This document shows, piece by piece, positions 9,727 through 17,338 of a stretch of 64,000 bases of DNA. The position numbers and the translations under genes are program-made. Source of the stretch: an uncultured bacterium. GTDB taxonomy: Bacteria; Acidobacteriota; Aminicenantia; Aminicenantales; Saccharicenantaceae. Where the stretch lies: assembly GCA_963827635.1 (NCBI GenBank), contig CAWHBV010000009.1:281802-345801 (forward strand). The letters are read 5' to 3'. A model generated the notes under the pieces. It made no database searches. It was not told the origin of the DNA and was given only the letters and a program-made list of their open reading frames with translations. How positions within the stretch are numbered: the stretch's first letter is position 1; each line of letters begins with the position of its first letter.

Positions 9727-10181
9727 TCAGCCCTTCAGCCATTCCTCCCAGGCGGACCGCCTGGGGAAATTGATGAACGTGAGGAGAAGGGAAGCGAACA
9801 GGAGCCTGTAGAAGTCGACGTTCTGCCCGGCGACGAGGAAGAGGGCCAGGCCGGCGACGGCCGGGATCTCGCCGAGGACCAGCATCACCAGGGAGGCGCT
9901 CTGGAGACGCCGGAGCGCGGCCGGGAGTGTCGTCGTCCGGGCGCCGGCGGATGAGCCGGGGCCTGAGGAGAAGGAGGAGCAGGATGACGACGGCCGCCGC
10001 CCCGTAGGCCGCGTACCGGAGGGGCTGGGCGTCGACGCCTTGGGCGAAGCCGCGGAACGGTTCTTCGACGCCGGCGGAGGATCTCGACGAGGGCGAGGTA
10101 GATCGCGAGGCTCAGGGCGAGGGCCGCTCCGGCCATGGCGGCGGGCCTGATGAAGTCCCGGATCTCATCCTGACGGTCCAT
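9727..10181 (-). CDS. Small membrane protein, unknown function (two apparent frameshifts)
   Basis: MDRQDEIRDFIRPAAMAGAALALSLAIYLALVE continues through hydrophobic segments only if the frame is switched near 10078 and about 9935. It ends ...FINFPRRSAWEEWLKG, TGA 9727-9729. Confidence 0.35.
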
Positions 10182-10228
10182 GACGGCCTCCTGACCCGGC
10201 GGCGGGTCGTCCCGGCCCGGTCATCCGG

Positions 10229-10257
10229 ATTATATGAGATTGCGTCCCGTCAGGCAA
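10229..10257 (-). promoter_or_regulatory. Sigma70-like promoter for the small-membrane-protein/M1 peptidase operon
   Basis: The minus strand reads TTGCCT-17 nt-TATAAT, followed by a 5' UTR of about 40 nt with AGGAGG. Confidence 0.45.
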
Positions 10258-10299
10258 TCGCCGCGGCGCGGCCGCTCCCCGGGCGGTTCCCCGGAGGCT

Positions 10300-11466
10300 T
10301 CAGTCGACGTAGAGGAGGAAGCCCTTCAGGTAGGACGTCTCGGGGTGATAGACGTTGACGGGATGGTCGAAGGCCTGCCGGTGCTTCTGAAGGATGCGCA
10401 CCCGCCTCCCCGCTTCGTGGGCGGCCTGGAAGACGACCTGCTGGAAGAGCCCTTCGTCGACGAAGTGGGAGCAGGAGAAGGTCAGCAGCAGGCCCGGCGC
10501 TTTGATCCTCTGCAGGGCCAGCCGGTTGATGTCCTTGTAGCCGCGGCAGGCGGCGACGACGTCGGTTCTCTTCTTGGCGAAAGCCGGCGGGTCGAGGATG
10601 ACGAAGTCGTGGTCGAGGGCGGGTTCGCGGAGGAACTCGAACACGTCCGCGGCGAAGAACAGGCCCGACGCCGCGGAGAGCCCGTTGAGCTCGAAGTTCT
10701 CCTGGGCCAGCTCCAGGGCCGCGGCCGACGTGTCGACCGAATCGGCCCGGACGGCCCCTCCGAGGAGGGCGCAGACGGAGAACGAGCCGGTGTAGGCGAA
10801 GCAGTTGAGGACGCGGCGGCCGGCGGCGAATTCCCGGACGAGCTTCCGGGATTCCCGCTGATCGAGATAGAAGCCGGTCTTCTGGCCCTGGGCCCACCCG
10901 ACCGAGTAAGGGATGCCCGCTTCGAGGATGCGGCCCTTGTCGACCGCCTCTCCCGCGAGCAGAGCTTCCAGCGGCTCGAGGCCCTCTTCCCTCCGGGCCG
11001 GCAGGTCGGAGCGCTCGATGACCGAGCGGGGCCGGAGCGAGGCCGAGAGGACGTCGACGACGAGGGGCTTCAGCTTCTCCATGCCCAGGGTCGCGATCTG
11101 GATGACGAGGACGTCGTCGTACATGTCGGCGATGAGCCCCGGCAGGCCGTCGCCCTCCGCGTTGACCAGCCGGCGGGCGTTGGTCGAGGCGGGGTCGAAC
11201 AGCCCGGCCCGGAGCTTCAGGGCCCGTTCGAGGCTGCCTCGGACCGCCGCTTCGGGAGGTTCCGCGCCGAAGGCGATCATGCGCCCGGTGATCGAGCTCT
11301 TCCGGTTGAAATAGCCGTGTCCGAGGATCTCTCCGACCGAGCTCCGGACGGGCAGGATGTCGCCGTCGGCGAAGTCGGGCAGGTCGCGGATGGCCCCGGA
11401 GAAGATCCAGTGGTGCCTGTTCCTGACGGCCTTGTCGCGGCCCGGCTTGAGGACGACGGCGTTCAT
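10300..11466 (-). CDS. rlmI: SAM-dependent 23S rRNA (cytosine-C5) methyltransferase RlmI-like
   Basis: 388 aa from MNAVVLKPGRDKAVRNRHHWIF (PUA-like N-terminus). SAM fold blocks VLNCFAYTGSFSV and ILDPPAF. Confidence 0.75.
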   Translation of the reverse strand: MNAVVLKPGRDKAVRNRHHWIFSGAIRDLPDFADGDILPVRSSVGEILGHGYFNRKSSITGRMIAFGAEPPEAAVRGSLERALKLRAGLFDPASTNARRLVNAEGDGLPGLIADMYDDVLVIQIATLGMEKLKPLVVDVLSASLRPRSVIERSDLPARREEGLEPLEALLAGEAVDKGRILEAGIPYSVGWAQGQKTGFYLDQRESRKLVREFAAGRRVLNCFAYTGSFSVCALLGGAVRADSVDTSAAALELAQENFELNGLSAASGLFFAADVFEFLREPALDHDFVILDPPAFAKKRTDVVAACRGYKDINRLALQRIKAPGLLLTFSCSHFVDEGLFQQVVFQAAHEAGRRVRILQKHRQAFDHPVNVYHPETSYLKGFLLYVD

Positions 11467-11889
11467 GCGGGCCTCCCGGCCGGCCCGTCGCGCCGGGCGA
11501 GCAGCCGCACGACCGGCCGGTCCGGCTTGGAGAACTCCGCCTCGTCCATGTCGGCAGGGCGCGAGCCAGCGGATCTCGTCGTGGTCGGTGAGCCGGAGAT
11601 CGTCGCCGAGAAGCTCGGTCCGGAAGACGACGAGCTCGAAGCTCGCGATCTCCCCCGAGAACGGGACCGTGCAGAGGTGCTCCCCGACCCTCGCCGGAAC
11701 GCCCAGCTCCTCCGCGAGCTCGCGCGCGAGGCCCCGTTCGGGCGTCTCCCCCGCCTCGAGCTTTCCGCCGGGGAATTCCCAGAGCCCGCCGGCCACGAGC
11801 TCCGGCTTCCGCCGGGCGACGAGCACCTTGCCGTCCCGCTCGATGACCGCCGCCGTCACCGTTCTCACCCGCTTCTCCTCTGCTTCCAT
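11463..11889 (-). CDS. NUDIX hydrolase, MutT-like (one apparent frameshift)
   Basis: Nudix box GGLWEFPGGKLEAGETPERGLARELAEELG. After a 1-nt correction near 11556 the C-terminus reads ADMDEAEFSKPDRPVVRLLARR and stops in an ATGA overlap with rlmI. Confidence 0.7.
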
Positions 11890-11908
11890 GCCTCTGCTTT
11901 TCCGCCCC

Positions 11909-11937
11909 ATCTTATTCTTCCGCCCCGGCCTTGGCAA
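11909..11937 (-). promoter_or_regulatory. Sigma70-like promoter for NUDIX-rlmI
   Basis: The minus strand reads TTGCCA-17 nt-TAAGAT, 19 nt upstream of ATG 11889. Confidence 0.4.
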
Positions 11938-11961
11938 GAGGGTGAGCCGGGGGCCGAAATA

Positions 11962-11970
11962 TGCTAGAAT
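11962..11970 (+). promoter_or_regulatory. Extended -10 element (TGCTAGAAT) for glgA, 9 nt from the ATG
   Basis: TG-C-TAGAAT at 11962-11970. ATG at 11980. No Shine-Dalgarno sequence in between. Confidence 0.5.
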
Positions 11971-11979
11971 AGCCGAACC

Positions 11980-13425
11980 ATGAAAGTCGCATTCCTAGCC
12001 TCCGAAGTCATCCCCTACGCCAAGACGGGCGGCCTGGCCGATGTGGCCGGGGCCCTGCCCAAGTTCCTGAGCCGGCTCGGCGCCGACGTCCGGGTCTTCA
12101 TGCCCCTCTACCGGGAGGTCCGCAAGAAGAACCTGCCGCTCGAGCCCGTCCTCGTGGCGCTCCCGGTCGACATGGGCGGCCGCATCGAATCCTGCGCCGT
12201 CTTCGCCCACCGGGCGGACGGAGTGACCGTCCTCTTCATCGACCGGCCCGAATATTACGACCGCGACCAGCTCTACGGGACGCCGGCCGGCGATTATCCG
12301 GACAACGCCGAGCGCTTCGCCTTCTTCTGCCGGGCCTCGCTCGAGACCATGAAAGCCCTGGATTTCCGGCCCGACGTCCTCCACGGACACGACTGGCAGG
12401 CGGCGCTGGCGTTCGCCTACCTGCGGTTCGTCTACGCCGGCGACCCGTTCTTCGCCGGCCTGCGGTCCCTCTTCACCATCCACAACCTGGCCTACCAGGG
12501 CCTGTTCGAAAAGGAGGCGCTCGGGCGCATCGGGCTGCCGGATTCCCTCTTCACGATGGACGGCCTCGAGTTCTTCGGCAAGGTCAACGCGCTCAAGGCC
12601 GGCATCCTCTACGCCACGGCCGTCACCACGGTCAGCCCGCGCTACAGCCGCGAGATCCAGACCCCCGAATTCGGCTGCGGCCTCGACGGGCTCCTCCGCC
12701 ACCGGTCGGACGCCCTCCACGGCATCCTCAACGGCGTCGATTACCGGGACTGGAACCCCGTGACCGACGCCCTGATCCCGCGCAACTTCGGTCCGGCGGA
12801 CATGGCCGGCAAGAAGGCCTGCCGCGACGAGCTCGCCCGCATGTTCGGTCTCTCCGCCCCCGAAGGGCTTCCCGTCGCCGGCATGGTCACGCGCCTGGCC
12901 GGGCAGAAGGGCCTCGACATCGTCTGCGAAGCGCTGGACGACCTTCTCGGCCTGGGCCTGACGCTGGTCATCTTGGGGACGGGCGAGGCCAAGATCCAGG
13001 ATTTCCTCGCCGCCGCCCAGAAGAAGAACCCGTCGCGGATCGGTCTCAAGATCGCCTTCGACGAGAGGATCGCCCACACGATCTACGCCGGAAGCGACCT
13101 CTTCCTGATCCCCTCGCGCTACGAACCCTGCGGCCTGACCCAGATGTACGCGATGAAGTACGGCACCGTGCCCGTCGTCCGGGCCACGGGCGGTCTCGAC
13201 GACAGCGTCCAGGAGTTCGATCCCCGCTCCGGCCGGGGCAACGGCTTCAAGTTCGCCGAAGCCGAGGCCGGGCCGCTCCTCGAAGCGGCCGCCCGCGCGG
13301 TCCGTGTCTTCGGCAGGCCTCAGGAGTGGCGCAGCCTCGTCGGGAACTGCATGGCCGCGGATTTCTCCTGGGAGCGCTCTGCGGCGGCCTACCTCGACCT
13401 CTACGGCAAGATCGCGGCTACCTGA
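11980..13425 (+). CDS. glgA: Glycogen synthase (ADP-glucose type)
   Basis: 481 aa. N-terminal KTGGLADV motif (YAKTGGLADVAGALP). GT5 blocks HDWQAAL and PSRYEPCGLTQMYAMKYGT. Confidence 0.9.
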   Translation: MKVAFLASEVIPYAKTGGLADVAGALPKFLSRLGADVRVFMPLYREVRKKNLPLEPVLVALPVDMGGRIESCAVFAHRADGVTVLFIDRPEYYDRDQLYGTPAGDYPDNAERFAFFCRASLETMKALDFRPDVLHGHDWQAALAFAYLRFVYAGDPFFAGLRSLFTIHNLAYQGLFEKEALGRIGLPDSLFTMDGLEFFGKVNALKAGILYATAVTTVSPRYSREIQTPEFGCGLDGLLRHRSDALHGILNGVDYRDWNPVTDALIPRNFGPADMAGKKACRDELARMFGLSAPEGLPVAGMVTRLAGQKGLDIVCEALDDLLGLGLTLVILGTGEAKIQDFLAAAQKKNPSRIGLKIAFDERIAHTIYAGSDLFLIPSRYEPCGLTQMYAMKYGTVPVVRATGGLDDSVQEFDPRSGRGNGFKFAEAEAGPLLEAAARAVRVFGRPQEWRSLVGNCMAADFSWERSAAAYLDLYGKIAAT

Positions 13426-14458
13426 CCGGGGCCGGGGGGCGCAGGAACTCGGCGGCCGTCTCCGGCGGGACCGGATTGATGTAGAAACCCGTCCCCCACT
13501 CGAAGCCCGCGACCTTGGTCAGGATCGGAAAGATCTCCAGGTGCCAGTGGTAGCTCTGGTCGATGTCCGGCCAGCCCTTGAGGGCCAGGGCCCGGTTGGG
13601 CGCCTGGTGGAGGACCATGTTGTACGGGGGGTCCCCGACCGTGTCCTTGAGCCGGGTCAGGACCTGTTTGAGCGTCTCGGCCAGGCTCAGGAGCTCGTCT
13701 TCGCGCACGTCGGTGAAGAAGGCCGAGTGCCGCTGCGGGAAGATCGCCATCTCGAACGGGAACCGGGAGGCGTAGGGGGCGAACGCGGTGAAGTGACGGC
13801 CGCGCAGGACCAGCCTCTTCGCGGCGGCCTCCTCCTCGCGGAGGATGCGGCAGAAGCCGCATTCCTTGAAGCCCCGGAAGAGCCGGTCGGCCCCGTAGAT
13901 CTCCTCCTTGATCCTCTTCGGGACGATGGGCGTGGCCACGATCTGCGAGTGCGGGTGGCTCAGGGAGGCGCCCGCCTCCTTGCCCTTGTTCTTGAAGAGC
14001 TGGACGTACTGGTAGTGGAGCTCGCTCTCGATCGTCCGGATCCTCATCTGGAAGACGCGCAGGACGTCGCGGACGTGGGTGACCGGCAGGTCGGAGAGCT
14101 CGAAGGCGTGGACGGGGTTCTCGATGACCACTTCGTGGACGCCGACGCCCTCCATCCACTGGAAGACGCCCTCGCCGGCCTTGGGCGGCGGCGTGCCGCG
14201 GTTGAGGGCCGGGAACTTGTTGGGCACGACCCGGACCGTCCAGCCCGGCGCGTCGGCCGCGGTCCCGGACGGCCGGAGGGCGAAGACCTCCGGGGGCGTC
14301 TTGCTCTCGTTGCCCTCGCAGAACGGGCAGAAGCCGGCGGCCTCGGCCGCCGGCGCCGGGGCGCCGCCCGGCCGGAAATCGTCCGGCCGCTTGGCCCGCT
14401 CCGTCGCGATGATGACCCAGCGGCCGCTGATGAGGTCCTTTCTCAGTTCCGACATCAT
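13418..14458 (-). CDS. GalT-family (HIT superfamily) hexose-1-phosphate nucleotidyltransferase / possible NDP-glucose phosphorylase
   Basis: CPFCEGNE zinc knuckle and HPHSQ active-site motif (SLSHPHSQIV). ATGA overlap with the receiver gene. The 3' end overlaps glgA convergently by 8 bp. Confidence 0.75.
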   Translation of the reverse strand: MMSELRKDLISGRWVIIATERAKRPDDFRPGGAPAPAAEAAGFCPFCEGNESKTPPEVFALRPSGTAADAPGWTVRVVPNKFPALNRGTPPPKAGEGVFQWMEGVGVHEVVIENPVHAFELSDLPVTHVRDVLRVFQMRIRTIESELHYQYVQLFKNKGKEAGASLSHPHSQIVATPIVPKRIKEEIYGADRLFRGFKECGFCRILREEEAAAKRLVLRGRHFTAFAPYASRFPFEMAIFPQRHSAFFTDVREDELLSLAETLKQVLTRLKDTVGDPPYNMVLHQAPNRALALKGWPDIDQSYHWHLEIFPILTKVAGFEWGTGFYINPVPPETAAEFLRPPAPVR

Positions 14459-14811
14459 GCCCCCAGCATCTCTTTGATCTTGGCCTTGAGCTCGTCGAGC
14501 GAGGCCGACTTGACGACGTAGGCGTCGGCGGCCCAGGTCATGAAGTCCTCCTTGTAGCTCTGGTAGGCCGAGTTGATGATGATCGGGACGTCCTTGCGCA
14601 GGCCCATGATCTGGGTGATGAGCTCGATGCCGTTCTTGCCCGGCATGCGGATGTCCGTGACGATCAGGTCGAAGGCCGTCCGGCCGATCTCGGCCAGGGC
14701 GGCCTCGGCGTCGTGCACCGCGACGACGTCGTAGCCCTCCCGGCTCAGCTCCTCTTCGTAGAGCAGGCAGAGGGCCTTCTCGTCTTCGACGAGCAGGATC
14801 TTCTTTTTCAT
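14455..14811 (-). CDS. Single-domain response regulator (CheY-like receiver, no output domain)
   Basis: 118 aa. LLVEDE acidic pocket, phospho-Asp context LIVTDIRMPG, conserved SAY...K. Confidence 0.85.
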   Translation of the reverse strand: MKKKILLVEDEKALCLLYEEELSREGYDVVAVHDAEAALAEIGRTAFDLIVTDIRMPGKNGIELITQIMGLRKDVPIIINSAYQSYKEDFMTWAADAYVVKSASLDELKAKIKEMLGA

Positions 14812-16157
14812 GGATTCGGCTCCCTTTCGCGGAAATTGAAGGTCAATCGGAATATGGTCCCCTTCCCGACCCGGCTGTGGACCTCGATCTTGCCGCCGGC
14901 GTTGTCCATGACCCGCTTGATGAAGGGCAGGCCGAGGCCCATGCCCTTTTCCTTGGTCGTGAAGAAGGGCCGGAAGAGCTGGTCCTTGTCCGGATTGGAG
15001 ATCCCCTGCCGGTGTCGCGGACCGAGAGGACGTAATTGTTCCGGTTCCTCCGGTAGCCGCGGATGGCGACGGCCCCGCCCGGCGGGGTCGCGTCGAAGGC
15101 GTTGTCGAGGAGGTTGCGGAGGACCTCGCCGAACGAGGTCGGGTCGCAGAGGATCTCGGGCGGGCAGGGATCGATCTTGACGCTCAGGCCGTGTTCCACG
15201 GCCCTGGTCCGGATGTCCGGGGCTGTTGACGACCGCGTCGATGACCGGCCCCGGATCGAAGTAGACGGGCTCCTTGAGGCTGACCTTGAGGAAGTGGCCC
15301 ATCTGGTAGATGATGTCCTCGAGGCGCCGGACCTCGTCGCGGATGATCGTGAGGTTCCGCTTCCTCTTGTCCTCCGGCAGGTCGGGCTTGAGGAGCTGGT
15401 CGGTGAAGCCGCCGACGGCCACGATGGGATTGCGCAGCTGGTGGGTGACGAACAGGGCCACCTCGCCCATGGCCGCCATCTTCTCCATCTCCAGGAGCTT
15501 CTTGTGGAGGTTCGTCGAATAGATGTAGTTGCCGGCCATCAGGCCGCAGACCCCGGCCAGCTTGATGTCGGCGGGCGCGATCGGCGTCCGGGTGATGGCG
15601 TTGTCGAGGACGATCACGCCGACGACGTCGTCCCGGGCGAGGAGCGGGACGCACAGGAACTCGTCGACGCCGATGAGGTTGAGGAAGCGCCGGTCGACCT
15701 GGGGCTCGTGGGCCGCGTCGCGGACGTGGAGGAGCTCCTTCCGGCAGACCGCGGCGGCCGGGATGAGGGCCGATTCCTCGTCGGCCGCGTAGACGAGGCC
15801 CCTGAGCCGGCCGCTGAGCGTGTCCTGGTTCTTGGCGACGAGGGCCCGGTTGTGCTCGAGGATCTCGACGTATCCGATGCCCGGCGTCGACAGGACCTCC
15901 CAGATGAGCCCGGCCTCTTCGGCCGAGCGCGGGCCCAGCCACATCTCGCCGTTGATGCGGTCGCCCTGCTTGAGGAAGAGCATGGCCCGGTTGAAGCCGA
16001 CCCCGGAACCCGAGGTCAGGGCGGTCAGGATGACCAGGAGGTTGTCCTCGAGGGAGAAGGGCTGGAAGAAGCTCTGGGAGATGATCGACAGCAGCATCAG
16101 CTCCCGGGGCGCGTCGCGCTCGAAGTCGGGCGAGAGGATGTTGTAGGTGTCGATCAT
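14808..16157 (-). CDS. Cytoplasmic GAF-domain sensor histidine kinase (two apparent frameshifts)
   Basis: No TM helices. H-box FVTHQLRNPIVAVGGF, N-box LRNLLDNAFDA, G1 VRDTGRGI, G2 GMGLGLPF. The frame breaks at a GGGG run (15219-15222) and a CCCC run (15004-15007). ATGA overlaps on both sides. Confidence 0.8.
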   Translation of the reverse strand: MIDTYNILSPDFERDAPRELMLLSIISQSFFQPFSLEDNLLVILTALTSGSGVGFNRAMLFLKQGDRINGEMWLGPRSAEEAGLIWEVLSTPGIGYVEILEHNRALVAKNQDTLSGRLRGLVYAADEESALIPAAAVCRKELLHVRDAAHEPQVDRRFLNLIGVDEFLCVPLLARDDVVGVIVLDNAITRTPIAPADIKLAGVCGLMAGNYIYSTNLHKKLLEMEKMAAMGEVALFVTHQLRNPIVAVGGFTDQLLKPDLPEDKRKRNLTIIRDEVRRLEDIIYQMGHFLKVSLKEPVYFDPGPVIDAVVNSPGHPDQGRGTRPERQDRSLPARDPLRPDLVRRGPPQPPRQRLRRDPAGRGRRHPRLPEEPEQLRPLGPRHRQGISNPDKDQLFRPFFTTKEKGMGLGLPFIKRVMDNAGGKIEVHSRVGKGTIFRLTFNFREREPNP

Positions 16158-17338
16158 TCGGACGTCCAGCCCTTGGGCACCACCCGGATCCCGGTCCGGC
16201 TGATCTTGAAGTTCCGGCCGTCCTTGTCGGCGTCGAGACCGACCTCGAAGCGCTCGGGAATGACCGTGGACCGGTCGACGATGGCCTTGTAGAGACGGGC
16301 GCCCCGGCGGATGTGGCAGTCGCCGAAGACGATCGAATCGACGACCTCGGCGCCCTCGTCGATCCGGACGCCCGGCCCGATGATCGAATGGACGATCCGG
16401 CAGTCGGTGAACGTGCTGCCGGCGCCGACGATCGAGGCGCGCAGGTCGCCGCCGGCGATGAAGGTCGGCGGATACTGCGGCTTGTACGTCCGGACGGGCC
16501 AGGCCGGGTCCCTCAGGATGACCGGCGGGGACGGCGCGAGGAAGGCCATGTTGGCCTCCCAATAGGCGTCGATCGTCCCGATGTCCTCCCAGTAGTCGTC
16601 GAAGGTGTAGGCGTAGACGCGGTGGCCGTCGATGAGGGACGGGATGATGTCCTTGCCGAAATCGTGGGAGCTCTTGGAGCTCCGGGCGTCCTTCATCAGG
16701 GCCTTGATCAGGACCGGCGTCTTGAACAGATAGACGCCCATGGAGATGAGGCTTCTCCCCGGGTCCCACGGCGTCGCGAAGGGCTTCCGGGGCTTCTCCA
16801 TGAACTGGACGATCCGGCGCTCGCCGTCGACGCCGATGACGCCGAACCGCGAGGCTTCGCTCACGGGGATCGTCCGGGTCATGATGAGCGCGTCGGCCCC
16901 GGTCTCGCCGAAGAACCGGAGGAGCTTCCGGTAGTCCGCGGTGTAGATGTGGTCGCCCGAAAGGACCAGGACGGCCTCGGGATTCTCCTGCTGGATGGTG
17001 TAGATGTTCTGGAAGACGGCGTCGGCGGTGCCCTCGTACCAGTTGTCGCTGACCCGGCCCTGGGCGGAGAGGGAGATGATGAAGTCGCCGCTCTCGGCGT
17101 GGAAGATGTTCCAGCCGTTGGTGATGTGGCGGTCGAGGGAGAGCGACTTGTACTGGGTCAGGAGGGCGATCCGGCGGAGCCCGGAGTTGAGGGCGTTGGA
17201 CAGGCTGAAATCGACGATGCGGTAGGCGCCGAGGAACGGCACGGACGGTTTGGCCCGGTCGCGCGTCAGCGGGTAGAGGCGCTCCCCCTTGCCGCCGCAG
17301 AGGACCATGGTCAGGGTTTTCTTAGATAACATTTCCAT
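16154..17338 (-). CDS. glgC: Glucose-1-phosphate adenylyltransferase
   Basis: 394 aa. LCGGKGERLYPLTRDRAKP N-terminal motif. LbH C-terminal domain. Confidence 0.9.
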   Translation of the reverse strand: MEMLSKKTLTMVLCGGKGERLYPLTRDRAKPSVPFLGAYRIVDFSLSNALNSGLRRIALLTQYKSLSLDRHITNGWNIFHAESGDFIISLSAQGRVSDNWYEGTADAVFQNIYTIQQENPEAVLVLSGDHIYTADYRKLLRFFGETGADALIMTRTIPVSEASRFGVIGVDGERRIVQFMEKPRKPFATPWDPGRSLISMGVYLFKTPVLIKALMKDARSSKSSHDFGKDIIPSLIDGHRVYAYTFDDYWEDIGTIDAYWEANMAFLAPSPPVILRDPAWPVRTYKPQYPPTFIAGGDLRASIVGAGSTFTDCRIVHSIIGPGVRIDEGAEVVDSIVFGDCHIRRGARLYKAIVDRSTVIPERFEVGLDADKDGRNFKISRTGIRVVPKGWTSE

